From Calditrichaceae bacterium (GTDB lineage Bacteria > Calditrichota > Calditrichia > Calditrichales > JBFXGD01), in contig JBFXLE010000006.1 of the NCBI GenBank assembly GCA_050173015.1, positions 1-64,000 on the forward strand: a stretch of 64,000 bases of DNA. Direction: 5' to 3'. Position numbers and translations under genes: made by a program. The notes beneath the pieces are model-generated. The model searched no databases. It saw nothing but the letters and a program-made list of their open reading frames with translations, and was not told the DNA's origin. Positions 1-9,773 of this stretch are shown here, piece after piece; the first letter of the stretch is position 1, and every line of letters starts with the position of its first letter.

Positions 1-152
1 GACTCCGCTAATTTTTTCCAACGATAATAATCTGTGGGATAAATTTCGTAATGTCGACATAAATCTGCAACCCGAACATTGGGCAAAGAACCTTCTTTTA
101 TGATCTTTAATTTCTGTTCCGGGGTGAAGCGTCTAACTGATTTTCTTGCCAT
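1..152 (-). CDS. IS3-family transposase OrfA (HTH), partial
   Basis: Manual translation: MARKSVRRFTPEQKLKIIKEGSLPNVRVADLCRHYEIYPTDYYRWKKLAE, the typical R.FTPEQK..I...V..LCR.Y.I....YYRWKK pattern. Not in the ORF track because it is truncated. Confidence 0.85.
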   Translation of the reverse strand, partial: MARKSVRRFTPEQKLKIIKEGSLPNVRVADLCRHYEIYPTDYYRWKKLAE

Positions 153-229
153 GATATTACTCCTTATAACAAGGTTTAAATCATAGCACTAAATCTTTTT
201 AAAATTCCAATTTTGACTGAACCAATACA
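1..229 (-). mobile_element. Left end of an IS3-family insertion sequence (continues beyond the window)
   Basis: The minus strand starts TGTATTGGTTCAGTCAAAATTGGAAT at 229, a TG-initiated end like IS3/IS150 IRs. It is followed by AGGAG and an OrfA-like HTH ORF. The end abuts a 5'-truncated gene at 230. Confidence 0.8.
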
Positions 230-667
230 TTTGGATTTGCTTATCCTGCTCTTACCTATAGCTCACAATATGGAGAAATATCAGACTCAGACGGCGAGTT
301 CTTTTATGGTGCTGGGATTAAAGCAGATGTTATATTAAAATTTGATAAGTCTAACCTATTTCTTAAATCAACTTTTAATATTTGTAGCTATCAAAATTTT
401 AAGAGTGAAGTTGGTTTTTATAATCTTTCATTTAATGCTTTTATAGATTACATATTCCATAATAAATTTTATGGTGGTATAGGATTAGGACTTCACGGTT
501 ATCCCGATCTGCCATCAAATGAAATAAATCAATCCTCTGTTTCAGGTAATTTGGGTTATTTCTTATTGGATGATTATTATTTTGATATGATTTACAACTT
601 TATGCTAGAAGACAATCAGATGCAAAACTTTAACGTTTGGTCTTTTTCAATCGGCTATAGATTTTAG
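230..667 (+). pseudogene. IS-disrupted outer-membrane beta-barrel gene, 3' part; paralog of 10296-10802
   Basis: Open frame with no start, FGFAYPALTYS...YGAGI...LKSTFNICSYQNF...FYNLSFNAFI...GIGLGLH...SIGYRF*, collinear with the 10296-10802 product. It begins exactly at the IS end. Confidence 0.85.
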
Positions 668-671
668 GAGA

Positions 672-948
672 ATGGAAATGAAAATATTTATATTCTTGCT
701 TTTGCTAATAAGTATTATATTTGGTCAGAAAATTACCAATTATGACATTATTGAAAGTTCAGATATTAGAATTTCACAAAACAATCCAAACGTTGAACCT
801 AATTTACCGGATAAACTTTCAAAAGTTGAAGGTGCTAGTTCTATATGGTCCGAATCAACTGATTTGTTTACTGTCAAGCGGATTTTATATTTATGAACTG
901 ACATCCGGTGAAAAAAGGTTTATTAAAAAGATGCTGCTGGCCAAATAA
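672..948 (+). pseudogene. Degenerate secreted protein with a T9SS/Por-type C-terminal sorting domain split across two frames
   Basis: One frame gives a signal peptide plus ISQNNPN (cf. LSQNYPNPFNP). A second frame ends SSGFYIYELTSGEKRFIKKMLLAK (cf. SGVYFYRL.AG....TKKMLLLK). Confidence 0.6.
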
Positions 949-1207
949 GAAAACCTGCCTTTTTTTGAGTGATTTGCGTGATCGGCTCGTAGAGACAGGT
1001 TTTCATTTATACCCCGCCATTACCGGCAGGGTTATATATTAATAATTTTTACAAAGAAATCAATAGCTGACAATTATCGTATGACCGCTGGTATGGGTAT
1101 TAAAATAAAACTTCATTTGTCCGGGGAGTTTCCATAGTACGGGACTTTAGGATTTCCGGCATGTTAGGTAGCTTTGTGTACTATGAATATCCTCTAAGAC
1201 TTTAACC

Positions 1208-1594
1208 ATGGGAGCTAAAATGAAACGTACAACTTTACTTCTGATCCTATCTGCATTTTTTCTAACCAACTGCGCGACAATGATGAAGGGATATTTTGAT
1301 AAGGTCGAAATCCAAAACGCGCCTGCCGATCTGGTGATTGTTGATCAAAATAATATTGAAATAAAAACATATGCCGATCATTCGGATACTTCTAAGGTAA
1401 AAATTGATCTGAGATCAAACACGGATCATATTTTAACCCTAAAATATAACGATCAGGAGAAAACCATCATGATGCACCGAAAAATAGGTTTTTTCTGGGG
1501 ATTTATTGATTTAATCAGCGGAGTGTATCCCATGTTTATCGATGCTTACACCGGGGCGTGGTGTCATTACGACCCCATTATTATAATTGATTAA
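1208..1594 (+). CDS. Small lipoprotein, unknown function
   Basis: Lipobox-like FLTNC after a hydrophobic stretch; C-terminal ID..TGAW motif seen in PEGA-like lipoproteins. Confidence 0.7.
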   Translation: MGAKMKRTTLLLILSAFFLTNCATMMKGYFDKVEIQNAPADLVIVDQNNIEIKTYADHSDTSKVKIDLRSNTDHILTLKYNDQEKTIMMHRKIGFFWGFIDLISGVYPMFIDAYTGAWCHYDPIIIID

Positions 1595-1768
1595 AAAATC
1601 AGTTGCAGATGCGGCGAAGTGAAATTTGGAATGGACAAACTGGATGTTGTATTTAAAAAAGTATTTCGTAAATTCAAAACATTACCATGATACCCGAACT
1701 GAGACACGTCATGATTTTCTATTAATTCAGAATAATCTGTACCGACTTATTAGCACAGTTTTTCGAAA

Positions 1769-2821
1769 ATGTCCAACAAAATTACAGGTATAAATATGAA
1801 GAGATGGATCTTTCTCATAATTACTATTGCTGCTGTTTCAGGATGTTCACAAAGAGAACCGTTACAATTCAGCGGTCAGACCATGGGTACAACATATCAC
1901 GTAAAAATTGCTGATAAGTCCGTTGGCCCGGATATGATTCAAAAGCTGCAACAGGAGGTTGACGCGCTTCTGATAGAAGTCAACCGGCAGATGTCCACCT
2001 ATAAACCGGAGAGTGAAATTTCACGTTTTAACAAATTTGAATCAACGGAACCCTTTGTTGTTTCCAGATCGTTTGTACGGGTTTTGCAAACTGCTGTTCA
2101 GATCAGCGGGGAATCCGGCGGCGCGTTCGATGTCACCGTGGCTCCGCTTGTCGATCTTTGGGGCTTCGGGAAAAAAGGCCGGCGCGACAGACCTCCTTCA
2201 GAGCAGGAAGTCGGAGTTGTAAAAAAACGGATAGGCATCAATTTGATAAAAATTATCAGTGATACGTTGATTTCCAAACTGAATCCGGAAACTGAACTTG
2301 ATTTGAGCGCGATTGCCAAAGGTTACGGAGTGGATGTGGTCGCAGACCTGCTTTCTGATAAAGGGTTCGAAAATTTCATGGTTGAGATCGGCGGCGAGGT
2401 GGTTGTTAAGGGACTGAACGGGGAAAATAAATGGAAAATTGGTGTTGATCGTCCAAAATATAATCAGGTTCCCGGCAGTGAACTGGAAGCTGTCATTCAT
2501 GTGAGCAATGCCGGAATGGCTACCAGCGGTGATTACCGGAATTATTTTGTTTCGGAAGACAAGGTTTATTCCCATACGATCGATCCTGTAACGGCCAGAC
2601 CAATCATCAATGGTGTCGCCTCCGCCACAGTGATTGCCCCGGATTGCATGTTAGCTGACGCCATGGCCACGGCCATCATGGTAATGGGTACTGAAAAAGG
2701 GCTGCAGTGGGTGGAGTCTAAAGCCAATGTGGAAGCGATGATTATTATAAGGGAAGAAGATCAGTTCAGGGAGATTTTGAGCTCCGGATTTAATCAATAT
2801 CTGAATGCCGGTGATCAATAA
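1769..2821 (+). CDS. apbE: FAD:protein FMN transferase (lipoprotein)
   Basis: TMGT, MSTY..SEISRFN, GAFDVTV.PLV.LWGFG, DLSAIAKGYGVD, ATSGDYRNY, HTIDP, ADAMATA motifs. Confidence 0.95.
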   Translation: MSNKITGINMKRWIFLIITIAAVSGCSQREPLQFSGQTMGTTYHVKIADKSVGPDMIQKLQQEVDALLIEVNRQMSTYKPESEISRFNKFESTEPFVVSRSFVRVLQTAVQISGESGGAFDVTVAPLVDLWGFGKKGRRDRPPSEQEVGVVKKRIGINLIKIISDTLISKLNPETELDLSAIAKGYGVDVVADLLSDKGFENFMVEIGGEVVVKGLNGENKWKIGVDRPKYNQVPGSELEAVIHVSNAGMATSGDYRNYFVSEDKVYSHTIDPVTARPIINGVASATVIAPDCMLADAMATAIMVMGTEKGLQWVESKANVEAMIIIREEDQFREILSSGFNQYLNAGDQ

Positions 2822-2851
2822 AAAAAGCCCTGCTCATGGGGCAGGGCCTTT
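2821..2851. terminator. Bidirectional intrinsic terminator
   Basis: A6-GCCCTGC-loop-GCAGGGC-CTTT between convergent genes. Confidence 0.75.
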
Positions 2852-2869
2852 AAATTTAACTTAATTCAG

Positions 2870-3142
2870 CTAATTAAATCGTTCCGGTTTAAAATCCAAT
2901 TTATCAATAAAGCGTGTTTTGCGGTTTGGATTACCCAATTTGGCTACATTTTCAAAACCGGGATCCTCTTTGGACGTGTAAAACTTGACACTTTCGGTAT
3001 CGCATGAGCCGCAGGCATCCACGCCTTCTATATGATTGCCGGCGCTGCAGGAGGTGTGAACTTCCTTCCCACCCATCAATTTTCCCAGTGAAAGCAGTAG
3101 GAGCGCGACGGCAAATATGATCGGAACCAATAAAAATTCCAT
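2870..3142 (-). CDS. NqrM/DUF539-like small membrane protein with Cys motif
   Basis: N-terminal TM helix, then G..K...SC....G...CGSC; lies next to apbE. Confidence 0.6.
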   Translation of the reverse strand: MEFLLVPIIFAVALLLLSLGKLMGGKEVHTSCSAGNHIEGVDACGSCDTESVKFYTSKEDPGFENVAKLGNPNRKTRFIDKLDFKPERFN

Positions 3143-3295
3143 TATGACCAGCCTTTCAGCATTTATCGTATCTTTATGATTGATACGTAATATTAGATGA
3201 TTAAATTTCCAAATACAAATAATTTTAACCTTAGAAATTTAACACGATCTGAGCTGAATTGTTTCATCGGCAAAAGTTGACAATAGGATTTTTTG

Positions 3296-3973
3296 TTATT
3301 CTAAAATATAATCAGCCAGCAACGGCCATCTTTTACTTTCAACGCGAAGCGTGTTTAAAACATCTTTCATGTAATCAGCAGATTCCCGCAGATCCGGCTT
3401 TAGATCTTCCGTTATTTGGATAAACTGCCAGGCCTCTTCTATCAATCCATCCCTTATTTCCCGGTTGTAAACCGTTTTCACGTCTCGATTCCCCAAAAAT
3501 CGAAGCGCATTTTCCCTAAAGCCTTTCCGTCCCATATGACCACAGCAGGGCCGCATAATTTCCAGAACATCGGCGTCATGCACGATACGTTTGTCAAGGC
3601 CCCAGTCACCTATACCGTGCTTCATAATCAACAGGCCTGTTTCTTTAGCGTCATTCGTGAGGTTGTTCGCCCTGAGATAATCGATACACAATTGGGCGCT
3701 GTCAGATTCCCAGAAATCCGGGCCGTTGCCTCTGCGTCCGGAGTCATGAAAGGCAACTGCAAACCTAACGCGCTCCGCGTCCGGGGCGAGATCCGTATTT
3801 CTGTAATAATACCGGCACATAAATTCAGAAAAAATCAACGCTCTGGCAATGTGCATCCTTCCGTGGATCAACTGAAAATCGAATTTTTTCTCATGCGCTT
3901 CATATAAGGGCAGAATATCGGTTTTTAAAACGGTAAGGAATTCCGGCCAGCTTGTTTTCAGAGTTTCTTCCAT
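3296..3973 (-). CDS. HD-superfamily metal-dependent phosphohydrolase
   Basis: HGRMHIAR, FHDSGR and HDADVLEIMR motifs. Confidence 0.8.
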   Translation of the reverse strand: MEETLKTSWPEFLTVLKTDILPLYEAHEKKFDFQLIHGRMHIARALIFSEFMCRYYYRNTDLAPDAERVRFAVAFHDSGRRGNGPDFWESDSAQLCIDYLRANNLTNDAKETGLLIMKHGIGDWGLDKRIVHDADVLEIMRPCCGHMGRKGFRENALRFLGNRDVKTVYNREIRDGLIEEAWQFIQITEDLKPDLRESADYMKDVLNTLRVESKRWPLLADYILE

Positions 3974-4217
3974 GATTTTTCCAATCCTGATTTAAAAGTT
4001 TAGTTAAAAAAGCGAAAACATAAAATTTATGACACGAAAATACGAAATGACAAATCAATTGATATAGTTTAAAAGAAGCATTGTTTTTAGTCAATGGTAA
4101 CGTTATATATTTTCCAGGAGATTTAAGATTGAACAACCAAAAATGATATATTTTTCCGGAAAGATTTAAGAACCTGAAACAAGGAAAGAAAATACGATGG
4201 TAATTCCTGTCTTTAGA

Positions 4218-5699
4218 TCACTCGGTTTCATCCTGGCCGGACAATGCAGCGTTTGCGATTCCCTTAAGCATTCCGGTAAATACCAGTTGATGAAACGGAT
4301 ACAACGCGTACCAATAGGCCCTTCCCGCCAATCCAACCGGATCAAATATGGCGGTCTGGCGGATAGTCGTTGATGAGTCGGCATCCGTCACATCGAATTC
4401 CAGCCATGCGCGTCCCGGCAGTTTCATCTCGGCAATCAGTCGCAACCGTCTGTTCGGTTCAAATAGTTCGACGCGCCAAAAATCCACCGTATCCCCAATC
4501 CGCAGATTTTTTGGATGGGGTCTTCCCCGTCTCATGCCAACGCCTCCCAAAAGCAGGTCCATGAAACCGCGTAACTGCCAAAGCCGGTTCCAGGAGTACC
4601 AGCCGGTTTCGCCGCCGATTCTCTCAATAGGTTTGAAGGCGGATTCAGAAGATGTATTGACCTTCACTATCCGGGAATCAACAAGCCGTGACCCAAACTG
4701 TACACCGCCCCACGAGGGCGACTCTCCCGCGGAGGATAAGGCATCGGACCAACGCGTTGCCGCGTAATCCTTTTCATCGCTGGCGAGCGCCCGGTGAACG
4801 CTTTCTTCCACACCAATCGGTTTCACGGGAAGGGTCTTTAGGGCGGAGTTGTCCCTGACCACCGTGGGATGGACAATGCTCTCGATGAGTTTGCGACCGA
4901 TACGGGCGTACAGCGGTGTGACCAGTCCCAGCCACAGACTGGACAGGTAAGGTGTCAGTACCGGCACGGGGATCATCCTAAGCTTCAGATTGCGTTGACG
5001 CGCGTATTCACGCATGATATCCGCGTAAGTTACCTGATCCGCGCCGCCGATCTCATATACGCGGTATTCAGAAACGGGAAGCTGAAGCGCGGACACAAGG
5101 TATTCCAGCAGATCATCGATCGCGATCGGCTGGGCGGGTACCTTAACCCAGCGTGGCGTGATCATGACCGGCAGTCTTTCCACCAGTGAGCGGATCATCT
5201 CAAAAGAAAGGCTGCCGGAACCAATGACGATTGACGCGCGAAACTCCAGTACAGGAACACCGGATTGACGCAGGATCTTGCCGACTTCCTGACGGCTTCG
5301 CAGATGGGCCGAAAGCTCTATCTCGTCGCTGCCCAATCCGCCGAGATAGATGATGCGTTTTACACCGGCTTCTTTGGCCGCCTGACCAAAATTCAGCGCG
5401 GCCTGTCGATCGGATTCTTCAAATGAGCTGTCGGAGCCCATGGAATGAATCAGGTAATAAGCCGTATCGATCCCCCGCATGGGTTGAGTGAGACTGGACC
5501 GGTCAAGCGCGTCACCGGGGAGCACTTCTGTGGAAGGTCCTAACAGCCGGCTGAGTACTTCCGGACGTCTGGCGAGGCAACGCACACGGTATCCACGATT
5601 TTCCAAAACTCCCAAAAGACGTCCGCCGACATATCCGCTGGCACCGGTGAGAAGAATAGATGGTTTCTTTGATAATCCTGTTTTATTCGTTGAGCTCGT
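4218..5699 (-). CDS. NAD(P)-binding SDR/epimerase with C-terminal DUF2867 (YbjT-like); start non-canonical or mutated
   Basis: The frame extends upstream of the listed TTG through ILLTGASGYVGG (Rossmann motif). The C-terminal part has IGG..GWY, DFWRVE, AEMKLPGRAWLEF and YWYAL.PFH. Confidence 0.85.
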   Translation of the reverse strand, partial: TSSTNKTGLSKKPSILLTGASGYVGGRLLGVLENRGYRVRCLARRPEVLSRLLGPSTEVLPGDALDRSSLTQPMRGIDTAYYLIHSMGSDSSFEESDRQAALNFGQAAKEAGVKRIIYLGGLGSDEIELSAHLRSRQEVGKILRQSGVPVLEFRASIVIGSGSLSFEMIRSLVERLPVMITPRWVKVPAQPIAIDDLLEYLVSALQLPVSEYRVYEIGGADQVTYADIMREYARQRNLKLRMIPVPVLTPYLSSLWLGLVTPLYARIGRKLIESIVHPTVVRDNSALKTLPVKPIGVEESVHRALASDEKDYAATRWSDALSSAGESPSWGGVQFGSRLVDSRIVKVNTSSESAFKPIERIGGETGWYSWNRLWQLRGFMDLLLGGVGMRRGRPHPKNLRIGDTVDFWRVELFEPNRRLRLIAEMKLPGRAWLEFDVTDADSSTTIRQTAIFDPVGLAGRAYWYALYPFHQLVFTGMLKGIANAALSGQDETE

Positions 5700-5800
5700 C
5701 GGTAATACCTCGTTTTTCTGTTGTTAACGTTTTATGCATCCTGATTTATCCGGCTTACCGGTCAGGCGCTCCGGGTCAATCGCCTGGTTTTTTGCGCACT

Positions 5801-6574
5801 TCAGGTTCGCTGTAGCAACCAAATGGCAAGAGTCGTTTCGTTTTCAAGGATCTCGCATTCCGATTCTTCCCACCTTACATATCGGGCAAATAATTCCGCC
5901 TTGTCAGGATGATTTTTTGTAAGGTCTCCGGCTCTCTTTCGTATCAGATCAGTATTTTTCTGATTGAACGCCTTCAGTTTAGCGACCGGAAAGATCTTCT
6001 CGCGTATCAGTTTGTCGCCATGATTTGTAAGCTGCCGGAGGGTTTCCTGATGTGGACGATAATGCCGGTAACCGGGTCTGTCCAGCCGAGGCGCGCGGCT
6101 AAGAAATCCATCATCGATCACCATGTAGCCGCCTGGACGAACCGCTGTCCTTAGCTTTCCGACGCATTCTTCAAAATCACCCAGAATGCTGCCGACGGAA
6201 GCAAAGATTACGACATCATAGGAGGCGTTTTTCTTCAGCACATCGCGCATATCACCGATTTCAAACTTGCACCGATCGGCGGCGGCTGAATTTTTCGCGT
6301 TTTTTTTCGCTTCCTCCAGAAAAGGGGGAAATATATCAATACCCCGTATCCGGAAATTCAACTGCTCCGCAAGCGGTATGGAAACGGAACCTTTGCCGCA
6401 CCCCAGATCCAACACTTCGGTTGAATGCGCGGGCAGATTAAGAGGTTTTAACAGTTCGATTACTTCCTCCGGCCAGGTACCCAATATACGGAGGTCGGCA
6501 AGGAGTTCGGCAAAATAGGGTAAAATTTCTTGCGATACTCCGAGCGCTTCGGCGAGTTTCTCCTTATCAGCCAT
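5801..6574 (-). CDS. Class I SAM-dependent methyltransferase
   Basis: VLDLGCGKG motif I, GIDIF, GDMR, YDVVI, RPGGYMVI. Start reassigned to ATG 6574, preceded by GGGAG. Confidence 0.9.
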   Translation of the reverse strand: MADKEKLAEALGVSQEILPYFAELLADLRILGTWPEEVIELLKPLNLPAHSTEVLDLGCGKGSVSIPLAEQLNFRIRGIDIFPPFLEEAKKNAKNSAAADRCKFEIGDMRDVLKKNASYDVVIFASVGSILGDFEECVGKLRTAVRPGGYMVIDDGFLSRAPRLDRPGYRHYRPHQETLRQLTNHGDKLIREKIFPVAKLKAFNQKNTDLIRKRAGDLTKNHPDKAELFARYVRWEESECEILENETTLAIWLLQRT

Positions 6575-6706
6575 CTTCCGACTCCCTAATCTTGTCTGAT
6601 TACAGATGAGACGCCTTATATCATCGCGTCTTCCTGAAAATTTTGATAGAAACAACAGGAGACCCAAATTATTACAGTTTGGACCTCTATTTACCCGAGG
6701 CGATTA

Positions 6707-6922
6707 TTACCTCATACATTTCGATACAAAGGGTGAGGTTTCACCGCGGCGCATAAAATGACCGCAAGGCCCCTCGCCGGGATATTCTAAAAACCATGAT
6801 TCATGTTCGTTTTCCTCATTGAGTATCGCCAGCGACAGTTCATAGATCCGGTGATCCTTTCCCGCCGTTAGATTGCAGATATTGGTGTAGCCTCGAACGG
6901 CTCAGCGCCCGGCTTCCACAAA
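6707..6922 (-). pseudogene. C-terminal fragment of a DPS-like (DPSL) ferritin-superfamily gene
   Basis: Manual translation FVEAGR*AVRGYTNICNLTAGKDHRIYELSLAILNEENEHESWFLEYPGEGPCGHFMRRGETSPFVSK matches the DPSL pattern EAERCA...C..T.GKD.RTY.L...IL.EE.EHE.WF.E...PSGHF.R. It has an internal TGA and no N-terminal half. Confidence 0.8.
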
Positions 6923-7223
6923 TTAATCTGAAGAATCCCGGTATAAATAATTGAGTTTTAAGGGTCATAGCGTTATAACCCGGGAAACAGGAGAAATAAT
7001 TCTTAGTATTATTTTACCGTTATAACTAAGGATTGTCGCGCTTGCTGAGCTGGCCGGAAAATAACATCGGCCCGGCCTCAGTTTGACGAATGGTTCTATG
7101 AGGCGGCGGGAAAGAGATGGGTTGCTCATAACCATTTCGTCGCACTTTTGTGTGTGTTAATGTGAAACTATTGAGCTATGCCGATGTCTGACCGTCGATT
7201 TTATCCAAGATGACTAATCAATT

Positions 7224-9653
7224 TTATAGTTTCAGACGTCTGAGACGGAGCGAATTTGTAATCACTGACACAGAGCTAAAACTCATTGCCGCGGCGGCAA
7301 TAATGGGGGATAGAAGAATCCCCAGGAACGGATATAATATTCCCGCGGCAACAGGAACACCCGCCGAGTTATAAATGAAAGCAAAGAACAAATTCTGCCG
7401 GATGTTGCGCATAGTGGACCGGCTTAATCGTATCGCCCTGACGATACCCCGTAAATCGCCTTTAACTAAAGTGACACCGGCGCTTTCCATCGCGACATCG
7501 GTACCCGTTCCCATTGCGATACCGACATTTGCCTGCGCCAACGCCGGAGCATCGTTGATTCCGTCACCGGCCATGGCAACGATACGACCTTCTTCCTGAA
7601 GCTGTTTAACGACTTCGGCTTTTTGTTCGGGCAATACTTCGGCATAAACCTGATCAATCTCCAGTTCATCCGCGACTGCTTTCGCGGTTGAATGACTATC
7701 ACCGGTGAGCATCACTATCATAATACCTTCTTTATGTAAAAGTCGGATCGCCTCGGGTGTTGAATCCTTGATTGGATCGGCGACACCGATTAACCCCGCC
7801 GCCTTGTGATTAATAGCCACCAGCATAACCGTTTTACCTTCGGCGCGTTTTCTGTTTGCCTGCTGAGGCAACTCTCCCGCATCAATGCCCAGACTTTCCA
7901 GCAGTTTTATGTTGCCAATTGCCACTTCCTGTCCGTCAACCTCGCCCGTGACACCCTTTCCGGTAATGGACCGGAATTTATCGGTCTTAATCAGTTGAAG
8001 CCCTCTTTCTTCTGCTCCGTCTACAATAGCGCCTGCCAGCGGATGTTCGCTGGCGCGTTCCAGGCTCGCGGAGAGTCGCAGTACTTCTTCCTCGGTAAAT
8101 CCTTCTTCTGCCTGCACCGCGACCAGTTTTGGTTTGCCCTCAGTCAGTGTCCCGGTCTTGTCAACTACCAGAGTATTGACTTTTTCCATAATCTCAAGTG
8201 CTTCGGCATTCTTTATTAACACCCCGGCCATCGCGCCGCGAGCTGTTCCCACCATGATAGAAATGGGGGTGGCAAGACCCAAAGCGCACGGGCAGGCAAT
8301 GATGAGTACCGCGACGGCATTAACAACCGCATGGGCCATGCGCGGTTCCGGTCCCGCAAGCCACCAGACTATGAAAGTGATTACCGCGATACCAACAACA
8401 GCAGGCACAAAAAAGCCAGCCACCACATCGGCAAGTTTTTGAATCGGTGCCCGTGAGCGTTGCGCCTCGGCGACCATCCTGATGATTTGGGCCAGTAACG
8501 TGTCGGAACCAACATTTTCTGCCCGCATTAATAGGCTGCCTGTACCATTGACTGTCGCGCCGATCAGTTTCTTACCCGATGATTTTGCAATGGGAATGGG
8601 TTCTCCGGTGACCATTGATTCATCAACGTTACTTTCGCCATCGGTAACCATTCCATCCACAGGAATTTTTTCACCGGGCCGAACACGTAAAATATCTCCG
8701 GGCTGTACCTGCTCCAGAGGAATATCTTCTTCCGTACCATCCTTTCGCACGATTCGCGCAGTTTTCGGAGCGAGGCCAAGCAACATCCGGATGGCCGCAT
8801 TCGTCTGTGAGCGGGCGCGCAATTCAAGTACCTGCCCCAGAAGCACCAATGCTGTGATTACTGCCGCGGCTTCAAAGTAAACATCTACCAATCCACCATC
8901 CATTTTCATAATGGGCGGGAAAATTTGCGGGAACAGCAAGGCCACGACACTGTATATCCACGCCACTGAAACCCCGAGCGCAATCAAAGTAAACATATTA
9001 AGATTCCATGTACGAACGGATTGCCAGCCCCTAACAAAAAAGGGCCAACCGCCCCACAAAACAACCGGCGTCGCTAACACAAACTCAATCCATTGAATCA
9101 TTTGCATGGAGAGTCCAGCCGGTAACCATTTGGGCATCAAATCAGCAGTCATTGCCAATATGAATACCGGGAGCGCAAGCGCGGCACTGACCCAAAAACG
9201 ACGGCTCATGTCGATGAGTTCTTCATTTTTTTCTTCAGTTTCTACCAACACCGGTTCCAGCGACATGCCACATTTGGGACAACTACCCGGATGATCTTGT
9301 AATATTTCGGGATGCATTGGACAGGTGTATTCGGTCTTAGTCGCGGTTACAGTTATTCCCAAAGGCTCCAGCGCCATACCACATTTTGGGCAATTACCGG
9401 CTTCCCGTTGTCGAATATCAGGGTGCATAGGGCAGGTATAGATAGTTGACCGGTTGTCTTTTTCATGAACGGGCAGAGTCGCGCCGGCCGAATATAATTC
9501 CGGGCGTTCCCTGAACTTACGCAGGCACTGTTCACCGCAGAAATAATATTTTTTATCATCAAAATCATCAAAGAATTTTGAGTTGCTCGATACGATCATA
9601 TTACAGACCGGATCTTTTAGCTGCCCTGTTTCTGTATTAATTTTGATACTCAT
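7224..9653 (-). CDS. copA: Cu(I)/Ag(I)-translocating P1B-type ATPase with N-terminal YHS and two YTCPMHP metal-binding domains
   Basis: DPVC..YYFC...C (YHS), YTCPMHP x2 with [42 protein letters not shown]. Confidence 0.95.
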   Translation of the reverse strand: MSIKINTETGQLKDPVCNMIVSSNSKFFDDFDDKKYYFCGEQCLRKFRERPELYSAGATLPVHEKDNRSTIYTCPMHPDIRQREAGNCPKCGMALEPLGITVTATKTEYTCPMHPEILQDHPGSCPKCGMSLEPVLVETEEKNEELIDMSRRFWVSAALALPVFILAMTADLMPKWLPAGLSMQMIQWIEFVLATPVVLWGGWPFFVRGWQSVRTWNLNMFTLIALGVSVAWIYSVVALLFPQIFPPIMKMDGGLVDVYFEAAAVITALVLLGQVLELRARSQTNAAIRMLLGLAPKTARIVRKDGTEEDIPLEQVQPGDILRVRPGEKIPVDGMVTDGESNVDESMVTGEPIPIAKSSGKKLIGATVNGTGSLLMRAENVGSDTLLAQIIRMVAEAQRSRAPIQKLADVVAGFFVPAVVGIAVITFIVWWLAGPEPRMAHAVVNAVAVLIIACPCALGLATPISIMVGTARGAMAGVLIKNAEALEIMEKVNTLVVDKTGTLTEGKPKLVAVQAEEGFTEEEVLRLSASLERASEHPLAGAIVDGAEERGLQLIKTDKFRSITGKGVTGEVDGQEVAIGNIKLLESLGIDAGELPQQANRKRAEGKTVMLVAINHKAAGLIGVADPIKDSTPEAIRLLHKEGIMIVMLTGDSHSTAKAVADELEIDQVYAEVLPEQKAEVVKQLQEEGRIVAMAGDGINDAPALAQANVGIAMGTGTDVAMESAGVTLVKGDLRGIVRAIRLSRSTMRNIRQNLFFAFIYNSAGVPVAAGILYPFLGILLSPIIAAAAMSFSSVSVITNSLRLRRLKL

Positions 9654-9773
9654 GTCAATGTCTCCTTTTTATCACGCTAACGGACAGTGTTGACCGGCGC
9701 CCTTCAAAAAATTAAATATTTAAGATATAAGAGGCGGGTTGGTGTGAAGAAGATGGTCGTTTCCGGCTTATTG

